Below are positions 41,057 to 52,599 of a stretch of 64,000 bases of DNA, piece after piece; the stretch's first letter is position 1; each line of letters starts with the position of its first letter. Location of the stretch: contig NC_086108.1 of the NCBI RefSeq assembly GCF_963921235.1, forward strand, positions 117,616,001-117,680,000, given 5' to 3'. The notes beneath the pieces are model-generated. The model worked only from the letters and a program-made list of their open reading frames with translations, searched no databases and was not told where the DNA came from. The position numbers and the translations under genes were made by a program. The DNA is from Mobula hypostoma. Its lineage: Eukaryota.

Positions 41057-41714
41057 CACATCAAAGTTGCTGGTGAACGCAGCAGGCCAGGCAGCATCTA
41101 TAGGAAGAGGCGCAGTCGACGTTTCAGGCCGAGACCCTTCGTCAGGACTAACTGAAGGAAGAGTGAGTAAGGGATTTGAAAGCTGGAGGGGGAGGGGGAG
41201 ATGCAAAATGATAGGAGAAGACAGGAGGGGGAGGGATAGAGCCGAGAGCTGGACAGGTGATAGGCAAAAGGGGATACGAGAGGATCATGGGACAGGAGGT
41301 CCGGGAAGAAAGACGGGGGGGGTGACCCAGAGGATGGGCAAGAGGTATATTCAGAGGGACAGAGGGAGAAAAAGGAGAGTGAGAGAAAGAATGTGTGCAT
41401 AAAAAAGAGTAACAGATGGGGTACGAGGGGGAGGTGGGGCCTAGCGGAAGTTAGAGAAGTCGATGTTCATGCCATCAGGTTGGAGGCTACCCATACGGAA
41501 TATAAGGTGTTGTTCCTCCAACCTGAGTGTGGCTTCATCTTTACAGTAGAGGAGGCCGTGGATAGACATGTCAGAATGGGAATGGGATGTGGAATTAAAA
41601 TGTGTGGCCACTGGGAGATCCTGCTTTCTCTGGCGGACAGAGCGTAGATGTTCAGCAAAGCGGTCCCTTGATGTGTGTTGCTTGAATTTCCAGCATCTGC
41701 AGAATTCCTGTTGT
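41057..41714 (-). mobile_element. Penelope-like element fragment inserted in Gypsy gag, with 15-bp TSD and inverted terminal segment
   Basis: TSD TCACGACTAGCAATA at 41042-41056 and 41715-41729. Minus-strand GIY-YIG C-terminus (RFAEHL...PVATHFN...LEEQHLIFRMGSLQPDGMNIDF). Confidence 0.9.
41114..41149 (-). ncRNA. Minimal hammerhead ribozyme motif of PLE
   Basis: Minus strand reads agtc-CTGACGA-agggtctcggcct-GAAA-c-GTC-gact. Confidence 0.72.
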
Positions 41715-42293
41715 TCACGACTAGCAATAATTTGTTTCGTAGATCCAGAAGACTGACTCCCAAACTTTAATTTCTGCATCTCTAGCTCGAATTTCCTCTG
41801 GTTTTCAGCTTCTCTTTCTGCAAACTCCCTTTTTCTAAGGGCTTCTCTTTCTTCAAATTCCCCTTTTTTAAGGGCTTCTCATTCCTCGAATTCCCTTTTT
41901 TTATTAGCCTCTCTTTCAGCCATTTCCACTTTAAATGTTTCAAACTTTAACTGTTCAAGATGCAACTGTATTTCCAGATTACTCAGTGGAAACTTATGTA
42001 ACACCTCCTGATCAAACAATTCCAAATTAATATAATGTTCAGCAATTTTTCTTTGTATGAAAGCTTTAGTGGAATTTCTCCTGATCCCTTTAATATCCAA
42101 ACTCTTAGCAATCTCCAATACCACAGGTTTTCTCGCAGTCTCTAAAAATCCCGAGTCAGGCGCCTTCAAAAAACCGTCAATATCCATTGTTGCTGAATAC
42201 AACACACACACCAATCAAACCAAAAAAATCGGGTATTCCCCTTTTCCAAATCAAAATGGCAATTACCAGAACATAAACTCAAAATTGGAACAT

Positions 42294-42309
42294 ATCCCAC
42301 GAACCCCCA
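42294..42309 (-). promoter_or_regulatory. Primer-binding site, tRNA-Pro-like (degenerate)
   Basis: Minus strand TGGGGGTTCGTGGGAT lies a few nt after the 5' LTR and resembles the tRNA-Pro PBS TGGGGGCTCGTCCGGGAT. Confidence 0.75.
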
Positions 42310-42316
42310 CAAATTA

Positions 42317-43178
42317 CGTTACGTAACCGGCAACAATGAATATTAATCGAGACAGGTTATATAAAAACAACCAAACATTTATTAAACACGTATAAACGAT
42401 AAGGAAAAAAAAAACAAAGGAAAACTTTAACCGGAGGTTAACAGGTATGCAGCTGTTCACCAACTTGCCACTCGGCTCTGGTTCTTAAAGCGTTAAATGC
42501 GAAAACAGTTCTTAAAGCGATACAGTCGGATATAGTTCTTAAAGCAATAACTTTGAAAGTCCAACAGTTTTACGCATTCAATTGGGAGAGACTTCTCTGG
42601 AGAAAGATTTCTTCACCGACGCACCTTTACTGCTGGTTCTGTCCACAGGATTCCCGATGCCGAAAATAAACAGTTTAAATCAACTGACCTTAAATTCCTT
42701 TAGAGAGAGAGCACTTTTTTGCATGAACTCATTGCCCTATTGCAAGAGTTATCTCAATGCAGGTTCTCTCCAACGAAGACTCAATAAGTTCGATTCTTTA
42801 TTAAACTGCCAAATGATGCCGACTTCTCTCGATCCTTCACTTCGATGAATTCTTCGCTCTCCCTTCAAAAACTGTCAGAATTGAGTAAATTGGCACTTCC
42901 AGCCACAAATTTCCAGTCCAAGTAATATGGAATCTTTCAACAGAACATACAACCGTTTTAAAAATGAAACTGTGTCACAAAAACAAACGCAACAGAAACA
43001 TTCTACCTGGAAATCTACAAACTCAAAAACTAACCGCGTCACCTGGGTCGACCCTTATATAGTCACGGGGCACATCATCACGTGACCTCACATTGGTGGG
43101 AAAATTACATCAGGTGACCTCCAAAAGACCATTACATCATTCTCACAAAAAAACCCAGATCTCCTTGAGTATGTAACA
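42317..43178 (-). repeat. 5' LTR of Gypsy element
   Basis: Direct repeat of 37229-38087. Minus-strand TATATAA near 43055-43062 and AATAAA near 42378-42383. Confidence 0.95.
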
Positions 43179-44968
43179 ATGGTCATGCAGCTTGGTGGAA
43201 GAAATAAACGGGCAGACTATTATTTAGATGGGGAGAGAATTTAAAATGCAGAGGTGCAAAGGGACTTGTGAGTCCTTGTGCAAGATACCTGAAAGGTTAA
43301 CCTCCAGATTGAGTCGGTTGTGGAGAAGGCGAATGCAATGTTGGCATTCATTTCTAGAGGTATAGAATATAAGAGCAGGGATGTGATATTGAGGTTCCAT
43401 AAGGCACTCATGAGACCAAACTTGGAGTATTGTGTGCAGTTTTGGGCTCCTTATTTTAGAAAGGATATACTGACATTGGAGAGGGTTCAGAGAAGATTTA
43501 CGAGAATGATCCCAGGAATGAAAGGGTTACCATATGGGGAACGTCTGGCAACTCTTAGGCTGTATTCCCTGGAGTTCAGGAGAATGAGGGGAGGATCTTA
43601 TAGAAACAATCCGAATTTTAAAAGGCCTGAATAGATTAGATATGGCAAAGTTATTTCCCGTGGTAGGGGATTCTAGGACAAGAGGGCACAACTTCAGGAT
43701 TGTAGGATGCCCATTTAGAACTGAGATGGAGAGAAACTACTTTAGTCAGAGGGTGGTAGATCTGTGGAATTTGTTTCCACGAGGCTGTGGAGGTCAAGTC
43801 ATTGGGTGAGTTTAAGGAAGAGATAGATAGGTTCCTGATTAACCAGGGCATCAAAGGGTATGGGGAGAAGGCAGGGGAGTGGGGATGAATGGAAAAATTC
43901 GATCAGCCCATGATTGAATGGTGGAGCAGACTTGATGGGCTGAATGGCCTACTTCTGCTCCTATATCTTATGGTCTTGTGGTCTTGTTCCTCGATCTCTG
44001 GTTCGGGCCCTGCTCTCTCGACCCTGCCTTGTCTTGGTTCACCTCATCTTGGATCCGCCGCTTAACATTGGCTCCAAGCCTGTTCCAGCAATGGCCAAGT
44101 ATGTCCTGCAACCCATGCACACCATACCACAACCATCCTGCAACTTCGAGACTTCAGTATCCATAAAAATGCCAAGTTGTACAGGCAGTTCAAAAGCTCA
44201 ACTCCAAAAAGGAAGTTACAGGCTATTGATTGCAGTGATTGTTTTTGAGAAAAAGTGTGAGTAATAAAGTAGTTATTTTTGTTTGCTGACATCAAGTTGT
44301 TGCTGTGCTTCCCCAGGCCATCGTAAACCGGAACAGAGAGAGAAGCAACAGAGATGGGGAGGGAGGGTGCATGGTGTAAAACTGAAAGGTACTGAGAGCC
44401 ATTAGAGGTAGGGAAAGATAGATAGGTCATAGAAATAGAGAAAGAGTTTGATAAAGGGATGGAGATGGAGCAGAAGCAACAGAGATAGCCAGGGGGAGGT
44501 ATAAAGAGAGAGAGGTTTGGAGAGAGCTGTTCAGACCAGACGATGCAACAAAGAGCATGGTTGACCACACACAAGCCTTATGAAACTAGCTGTGTTTCTG
44601 GTGTCCTGTTGACAAGACTTTCCTCCACAGCTGCACCAAATCTGTGAATCCAAAATACTGTATCAGGTTGAACATGACAGAGTCTGAGACACAGACACCC
44701 AAGGCACAGTACAGAGAGAGAGCCTCACATTCAGAGGGGAACGAGTACAGTTCCAACAAGGAGTTGCACATTCATAGGGGAACTAGCACAATACAAACAG
44801 AGATGGAGAGTCACATATTCAAGAGAGGAAATAGAATAACTCATTCAGAGGGGGAGTGCTCTCTGAACCCAACATGTGTGTGCCCTTTGTGTGGTGTAAA
44901 GTGATCCCTGTGGAATCTCAAGTCATCAACAAACACTCCTTTGGTCTGGGTAGGGCAATGGCACAGCA

Positions 44969-45220
44969 CTGTCTGTGTGGAGTTTGCACATCCTCCCTGT
45001 GACTATTTGAAAGCCCTCGCCCCCCCCCGCCCCTGTGATCCAGTTTCCTCCCACATTCCAAAGACGTGCAGGTCGGGGAGGGAGAGTTAATTGTCCGCTA
45101 TAAATTGTCCCCAGTTTGTGGGTGAGGGGTGGAATCTGGGGGGTAGTTGATGGGAATGTAGGGGGATTGGTTTACAGGGGCTCAGTGACAAGCCAGCAAA
45201 GACTACTTAATGGGCCAAAT
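44969..45220 (+). mobile_element. V-SINE (HE1-like) fragment
   Basis: ctgtctgtgtggagtttgcacatcctccctgtg...ccagtttcctcccacattccaaagacgtgc matches the conserved V-SINE central domain. Confidence 0.8.
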
Positions 45221-45764
45221 ACACCCCAAAATTGTAAAAATATGATATAAACAGAAGTACATACAGATAGTCACTTATCCCATTCATGGGATGTTACTGT
45301 GCACCAGTTTTGGCTTTTCTGAACTGGTCCCTTCCACTGCCTGATCTTGGACAAGGGGACCCCCTGACTGCTGAACTCAGGGAGGTTTTAGTATGGCTGC
45401 TGTGATAGTAGTTAATCGCTGTGTGAACCATCCTCAGCTCAATAGCAGCACTGACTAGCCCACGCCTTTACACCTATGAAGCCCAAGGCAATTACTCTTA
45501 TTAAGATCATAAGGTATAGGAGCCCCACTTCCCGACCTTCTCCCTGTAACCTTTGATGTTGAACTTTGATTAATGACTTTAATCATCCAATTACAGTCAA
45601 CTGCACCCCCAAGGAAATGGGTGGAGCTGTTCTCTAACACAGCGTGCAGTCGGCATAATGAGCAATGACAAAGTGGTGCAGGAGCTCAACAGGTCAGGGA
45701 GGAAGTGGGCTGTCAATTTTCAGGCTGAGATGCTTCCTCTCAACTGAAAGATAGATAGCAGAGT

Positions 45765-46815
45765 ACCCCTGTGGCCGTTCACTTCAATAATAAATATACT
45801 GCTTTGGATACGGCACTGGGGGGAGCCGTAGTAACCAGGTCTCTGGCACTGAGTTTAATGCTGTGGCTCAGAAGAGAAAAGAGATGAAGAGGACTGCAGT
45901 GTTGATGAGAGATTCCACAGTCAGAGGAACTGAGACGATAGACACACTCAGATGTTGCCAGGATCAGGGATGTCTTGGATTGGGTCCATGGCATTCTTAA
46001 GGGGGAGGGTGAGCAGCCCAAAGTCTTGGTACATACTGGCATGAATGGCATTGGTAGGAAAAGTGAGGAAGTCCTGAAGAGAGCTTTTATGGAGCTAAGT
46101 AGAAAACTGTAAAGCAGTATCTCCAGGATAATAATCTCTGGATTGCTGCCTGTGCCACGTGCCAGTGAGGGTCTGAATAGAATGATTTGGAGGTGAATAA
46201 GTGGCTGAGGAACTGTTGTAGAAAGCAAGGGTTCAGATTTATGGATCATCGGGATCTGTTCCAGGGGAGCAACGACCTGTAAAAAAATTGACGGGATGCC
46301 CCTGAACCCGAGGGGTTCCAATATCCTTGCAGGCAGGTTGGCTAGAGCTGTTCAGGAGGATTTAAACAAATTAGGCGGGGAGATGGGAACCGGAGTGATA
46401 GGGTTGAGGATGGGCAGTTAGTTTATAGAGGCAATGGGACTGTTAGCAAGGGCAGGCTAAAGATAGGGTAAAATTGCGGTAAACAGGATGAGTTGCAATG
46501 TAAAAGGTGGACAGGATTGAAAAAGATGATGAATGCAGCAACGAAGATGTTATTTTGAATATATGCAGTGTACTAAATAAGGTAGGTAAACTTGCAACAC
46601 AGTTACAGATTAGCATGTTTGACATTTTGGGCATCACAGAATCGTGGCTGAAAGAAGAACCAGGGAGGCGAATGTCCAAGAATACACATTGTATCAAAAG
46701 GACAAGCAGATAGGCAGAGGGCGTGGGTAGATCTGTTGGTAAAAAATGAAATCAAATCCTTAGAAAGAAGTGACATGGGATTGGAAGATGTGGAATAGTT
46801 GTGGGTAAAGAGACC
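45765..46815 (+). mobile_element. CR1 5' portion: degenerate ORF1 esterase (SGNH-like) and start of ORF2 endonuclease
   Basis: Homologous to the reverse complement of ~57700-58870. VILNICSVLNKVGKL...ILGITESWLKE in ORF 46507-46713. Confidence 0.75.
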
Positions 46816-49800
46816 CTGATGGGAGTTATATGTTCCAGGGTTCCGATGTTTCAGACGTGATAGAGGCAGAGGAATGAAGGGTGGGGGGGGGGTGGGTGGC
46901 ATTGCTAGTCAGGGAAAATGTTACAGCAGTGCTCAGGCAGGACAGATTAGAGGGCTTGTCTACCAAGGCATATGGGTGGAGCTGAGAAACAGGAAAGATA
47001 TGATCACATTAATGGGGCTGTATTATGGACTACCCAACAGTCAGCGAGAATTGGAAGAGCAAATCTGCAGAAAGATAGCAGACAACTGCAGGAAGCATAA
47101 AGTTGTGATAGTAGGGGATTTTAATTTTCCACATATTGATTGGGATTCCCATACTGTTAAAGGTTTAGACAGGTTAGCGTTTGTAAAATGTGTTCAGGAA
47201 AGTTTTCTAAATCAATATATAGAGGTACCAACTAGAGAGGATGCAATATTAGATCTCCTATTAGGAAACAAGTTAGGACAGGTGACGGAAGTGTGTGTAG
47301 GGGAACACTTTGGTTCCAGTGATCATAACACCATTAGTTTTAACTTGATCATGGATAAAGATAGATCTGGTCCTCGGGTTGAGATTCTAAACTGGAAAAA
47401 GGCCAAATTTGAAGAAATGAGAAAGGATCTAAAAAGCGTAGATTGGGACAAGTTGTTCGCTGGCAAGGATGTGATTGGTAAGTGGGAGGCCTTCAAAGGA
47501 GAAATTTTGAGAGTACAGAGTTTGTATGTTTCTGTCAGGACTAAAGGCAAAGTGAGTAAGAATAAGGAACTTTGGTTCTTGAGGGATATTGGAACTCTGA
47601 TAAAGAAGAAGAGGGAGTTGTATGACATGTATAGGAAACAGGGAGCAAATGAGGTGCTTGAGGAGTATAAAAAGTGCAAAAAAATACTTAAGAAAGAGAT
47701 CAGGAGGGCTAAAAGAAGACATGAGGTTGCCTTGGCAGTCAAGGTGAAGGATAATCCAAAGAGCTTCGACAGGTATATTAAGAGCAAAAGGATAGTAGGG
47801 GATAAAATGGGTCCTCTTGAAGATCAGAGTGGTCGGCTATGGGGGAGATCTTAAATGTTTTTTTTTTGCGTCTGTATTTGCTAAGGAAACTGGCATGGAG
47901 TCGATGGAAATAAGGCAAACAAGTAGTGAGGTCATGGAACCTATACAGATTGAGGAGGAGGAGGTTCTTGCTGTCTTGAGGCAAATTAGAGTAGATAAAT
48001 CCCCAGGACCTGACAGGGTATTCCCTCAGACCTTGAGGGAGATTAATGTTGAAATTGCAGGGGCCCTAGCGGACATATTTAAAATGTCCATCTCTACGGG
48101 TGAGGTGTCAGAGGATTGGAGGATAGCTCATGTTGTTCCGTTATTTAAAAAAAGGCTCTAAAAGTAATCCGGGAAATTATAGGCTGGTAAATTTGACATC
48201 GGTAGTAGGTAAATTATTGGAAGGAGTACTAAGAGATAGGATCTACAAGTACTTGGATTGACAGGGACTTATTCGGGAGAGTCAACATGGCTTTTTGCAT
48301 GGTAGGTCATGTTTGACAAATCTATTAGAGTTTTTCGAGGAGGTTACCAGGAAAGTGGATGAAGGGAAGGCAATGGATGTTGTCTACATGGACTTCAGTA
48401 AGGCTTTTGGCAAGGTCCTGCATGGGAGGTTAGTTAGGAAGATTCAGTTGCTAGGTATACATGGAGAGGTGGTAAATTGGATTAGACATTGGCTCAATGG
48501 AACAAGCCAGAGAGTGGTAGTAGAGAATTGCTTCTCTGAGTGGAAGCCTGTGACTAGTGGTGTGCCACAGGGATCAGTGCTGGGTCCATTGTTATTTGTC
48601 ATCTATATCAATGATCTGGATGATAATGTGGTAAATTGGATCAGCAAATTGGTTGCTGATACAAAAATTGGAGGTGTAGTGGACAGTGAGGAAGGTTTTC
48701 AAAGTTTGCAGAGGGATTTGGACCAGCTGGAAAAATGGGCTGAAAAATGGCAGATGGAGTTTAATAAAGATTCAAAGATTCAAAAAACTTTATTGTCATT
48801 CTAACCATACATCAGCTCTGCAGGGCAGAATGAGAGAGCGTTTCCCAGGAGCAGTGCAATCATAACATAACAAATGTAACACTAAATAATAAACATAACA
48901 ATAAATAGTAAAACACAACAGCCACATGTCAGTTAAAATCAAGTTATAAGTGTCCATGCAAGTTAAAAGTGTCCAAAAGTAGAGTCAGGTGGAGCAGCTA
49001 TTTAGCAGTCTGACTGCCTGTGGGAGGAAGCTGTTTAGTAGCCTTGTGGTTTTAGTTTTGATGCTCCTGTAAAGTTTGTCTGATGGCAGAAGAACAAACA
49101 GTTCATGGAGAGGGTGTGAGGGGTCTTTAATGAGGTACCGTGTCTTCTGGAGGCATCGACTCTGAAAGCGGTCTTGGACAGAAGGTAGGGAAACCCCAAT
49201 AACCTTCTCTGCTCCCCTAACCACCCTCTGCAAGGCTTTTTTGTCGACAGCACTGCAGCTGGAGTACCAGATTGTGATGCAAAAGGTCAGCACACTCTCA
49301 ACCACGCCTCTGTAGAATGTAGTTAAGATGTTAGTGGGGAGTGATGTTTGTTTAAGCTTCCTCAGAAAGTGCAATCTCTGCTGGGCCCGTTTCACAATCC
49401 CAGTGGTGTTCCTGGGCCAGGTGAGATTGTCCGAGATCAGCACCCCAAGGAACTTGATGTTTTCCACTCTCTCCACTGTGCAGCCGCTGATGCTGAGGGG
49501 TGTGTGCTCAGGCTGAGACCGTCTGAAATTGATGATCATCTCCTTGGTTTTGGTGACATTAAGCATCAAGTTGTTATCCCTGCACCAGCTCTCTAGGTGT
49601 TTGACCTCCTCCCTGTACATTGTTTCATTATTTTTGCTGATGAGCCCATATCATCAGGAAATTTAATAATCAAGTTCTCCTTGAATATGGCTGGACAGTC
49701 ATGTGTTAGCAGTGTAAGCAGCAATGGGCTAAGCACACAGCCTTGTGGGGATCCAGTGCTCAGTGTGATGGAGTCAGAGATGTTCCTGCCAACACGAACT

Positions 49801-51092
49801 GACTGTGGTCTCTCTGTCAAAATATCCAGAATCCAGCGACACATGGCAGTGTTAAGGCCAAGCAGTGACAGTTTCTCCACTAGTCTGTGCGGGATCATGG
49901 TGTTGAACGTTGAACTGAAATCAATGTACAGGATTCTGGCATAAGTGTCTTTGTTGTCCAAGTGAGAGAGAACTGTGTGCAGTGTGGTGGATATTGCATC
50001 CTCCGTAGAGCGATTTGGACGATAAGCAAACTGTAGAGGATCCAGTGATGAGGGGAGGCTGGCTGTGATATGAGGCTTGACAAGCCGTTCAAAACATTTC
50101 ATCACTATGGGGGTCAGGGCAATGGGACGGTAATCATTCAGACAGGCTACAACTGATTTCTTTGCTACAGGGATGATTGTGGAGGTTTTGAAGCATCTGG
50201 GGACAATGGCTTGACTAAGGGAGATGTTGAAAATGTCTGTTAGGACATCTGCTAATACATCAGCACATTCCTTGAGCACACGTCCAGGGATAATACAGAC
50301 AAATGTGAGGTATTGCACTTTGGAAGGACAAACCAAGGTAGAACTTACAAAGTAAATGGTAGTGCACTGAGGAGTGCAGTAGAACAGAGGGATCTGGGAA
50401 TACAGATATAAAATTCCCTAAAAGTGGTGTCACAGCTAGATAGGGTCATAAAGAGAGCTTTTGGTACATTGGCCTTTATAAATCAAAGTATTGAGATTAA
50501 GAGTTGGAATGTTATGGTGAGGTTGTATAAGGCATCCATGAGGCCGAATTTGGAGTATTGTGTACAATTTTGGTCACCAAATTACAGGAAGAATATTAAT
50601 AAGATTGAAAGAGTGCAGAAAAGGTTTATGAGGATGTTGCCGGGACTTGAGAAACTGAGTTACAGAGAAAGGTTGAATAGGTTAGGACTTTATTCTCTGG
50701 AGCGTAGAAGAATGAGGGGAGATTTGATAGAGGTATATAAAATTGTGATGGGTATCGATAGAGTGAATGCAAGCAGGCTTTTTCCACTGAGGCTAGGAGA
50801 GAAAAAAGCCAGAGGACATGGGTTAAGGGTGAAGGTGGAAAAGTTTAAAGGGAATATTAGGGGGGGCTTCTTCACACAGAGAGTGGTGGGAGTGTGGAAT
50901 GAGCTGCCAGATGAAATGGTAAATGCGGGCTCACTTTTAACATTTAAGAAAAACTTGGATAGGTACATGGATGAGAGGTGTGTGGAGGGATATGGTCTGT
51001 GTGCTGGTCAGTGGGACTAGGCAGAAAAATGGTTCGGCACAGCCAAGAAGGGCCAAAAGGCCTGTTTCTGTGCTGAAATGTTATGGTTCTAT
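46816..51092 (+). mobile_element. Nearly full-length CR1 ORF2 + 3' UTR, interrupted by Rex1/Babar at 48767-50290
   Basis: ORF 46874-47854 (IVGDFNFPHIDW, TREDAILDLL, SSDHN). RT ORFs 47817-48804 and C-terminal ORF 50424-51020. Confidence 0.92.
48767..50290 (-). mobile_element. 5'-truncated Rex1/Babar LINE (RT + 3' UTR)
   Basis: ORFs 49593-50336 and 48985-49620: [68 protein letters not shown]. Tail (ttgaatct)2. TAATA duplicated at 48762-48766 and 50291-50295. Confidence 0.93.
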
Positions 51093-52190
51093 TTGTTGGA
51101 TTTTAAAAACTTCCCAATTATCCAACTTCCCACTCACTTTTGATACCTTATATGCCCTTTTATGCAGTGCTTAACTTCCCTTGTCAGCCACTGTTACCTA
51201 CCCCTGCCATCTGAGAACTAATTCCTTTGTGGGACATATCTATCCTGCGCCTTGTGAACTATTCTCAAAAAGTTCAGTTACCTCTGCTCTACTGCCTGTA
51301 TCCCCATCCAATCCATCTGGGAAGTTCCTTTCTCATGCCTCTGTAATTCCCTTTATTCCATTGCGACACTGATACATGTAATGGTATGCTGGCATTTATA
51401 GTGAAAGGATTCGAGTACAGGAGCAGGGAGGTACTACTGCAGTTGTACAAGGCCTTGGTGAGACCACACCTGGAGTATTGTGTGCAGTTTTGGTCCCCTA
51501 ATCTGAGGAAAGACATCCTTGCCATAGAGGGAGTACAAAGAAGGTTCACCAGATTGATTCCTGGGATGGCAGGACTTTCATATGAAGAAAGACTGGATGA
51601 ACTAGGCTTGTACTCGTTGGAATTTAGAAGATTGAGGGGGGATCTGATTGAAACGTATAAAATCCTAAAGGGATTGGACAGACTAGATGCAGGAAGATTG
51701 TTCCTGATATTGGGGAAGTCCAGAACGAGGGGTCACAGTTTGAGGATAAGGGGGAAGCCTTTTAGGACTGAGATTAGGAAAAACTTCTTCACACAGAGAG
51801 TGGTGAATCTGTGGAATTCTCTGCCACAGGAAACAGTTGAGGCCAGTTCATTGGCTATATTTAAGAGGGAGTTAGATATGGCTCTTGTGACTACGGGGAT
51901 CAGGGGGTACGGAGGGAAGGCTGGTGCAGGGTTCTGAGTTGGATGATCAGCCATGATCATAATAAATGGCGGTGCAGGCTCGAAGGGCCGAATGGCCTAC
52001 TCCTGCACCTATTTTTTATGTTTCTATGTGACTGATGCTTCTCCCTCTCAAACTGCAATATGAATTCAATCATATTATGATCACTGCCTCCTAAGGGTTC
52101 CTTTATGTTAAGCTCCCTAGTAAGATTTGGCTTATTACACAACACACAATCAAAGATAGCCTTACCCTTGGTAGGCTCAAGGGCAAGTGC
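51093..52190. mobile_element. Minus-strand CR1 endonuclease/linker remnant with a plus-strand CR1 3' fragment nested at 51381-52028
   Basis: ORF 51386-51937 is near-identical to 9631-10224. Host KEPLGGSDHNMIEF at ~52060-52105. Confidence 0.87.
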
Positions 52191-52540
52191 GGGTATAGGG
52201 GCCAGAAAGGTATCAAAGGACAGGGAGTGTTGTACGGGCAGGGGGAGGTTACAAAGACAGAGCAGAGTATGGGGGCTGGAGTGGGATACAGAGACAAGGG
52301 GTGCATAGAGAAACAGAAGGGTGAAAGGGTCAGTGGAAGTTAGAGGTCTGGGTAGGAGATAGGGATGTGTGGAGTCTCTGTGCTGATGTATGAGTATAGT
52401 GATAAGATGGGAGGGAGAGTATGGAGGGCTGATGAATGGAAGGTATGGGGAGAAGCGGGTGGACCATGGCTGTGTAAAGAGTGTTGGTCAGGGGCAACAG
52501 TTCAGACCATTAATAATATCATTGTCATCTTCTTCCCCAG

Positions 52541-52599
52541 GTGATCAATACCCTGTCCCGTCTCTCACACACACCCATCGCCCTCAGCTCTGGGGTCAG
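52541..52599 (+). CDS. Candidate 59-nt internal exon of an unidentified host gene (frame 0: VINTLSRLSHTPIALSSGV[R/S])
   Basis: Acceptor attgtcatcttcttccccag| and donor cag|gtaagg, with a ttaat branch-like motif ~30 nt upstream. Non-repetitive island; two of three frames open. No homology recognised. Confidence 0.5.

Larger units (their letters stand above)
38285..42187 (-). pseudogene. Disrupted gag-pol of the Gypsy element: capsid (SCAN-related), CCHC zinc knuckle, aspartic protease, integrase, last 28 aa of RNase H
   Basis: Capsid: PPFNEADVDAYFQHFE...KWP...KGKAQ. Knuckle: CNYCQKPGHVVANC. Protease: LRDTGASQSL. Integrase: HNIPLGGHLG...CRTC, ADCVGPLP, SDQGSNF, AYHPES*GALERF. RNase H tail: SLMLQEYHILITHIKGKDNVIADCLSRC*. 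Multiple stops and frameshifts. Confidence 0.92.
37229..43178 (-). mobile_element. Gmr1-type Ty3/Gypsy LTR retrotransposon (gag-PR-IN, RT/RNase H deleted)
   Basis: Two ~860-bp LTRs (37229-38087 and 42317-43178). 4-bp TSD ATGG (37225-37228 / 43179-43182). PBS and PPT present. Gag, CCHC knuckle, protease and integrase motifs on the minus strand. Confidence 0.95.
35140..43985 (+). mobile_element. CR1 ORF2 (AP endonuclease + RT + 3' UTR), split by the Gypsy insertion (host parts 35140-37228 and 43179-43985)
   Basis: LKVLHLNACSIRNKMDDL at ~35150; RT motifs at 36407-37204. Removing the LTR element restores gtgtatggtcatgca (KCMVM). Confidence 0.9.

Noticed and set aside
44570..44700. Exon candidates on either strand (LHQICESKILYQ on +; FGAAVEESLVNRTPETQLVS* on -)
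   Set aside because: The acceptors are plausible, but the plus-strand donor is weak (GTTGAA), neither peptide is recognised, and the two calls conflict.
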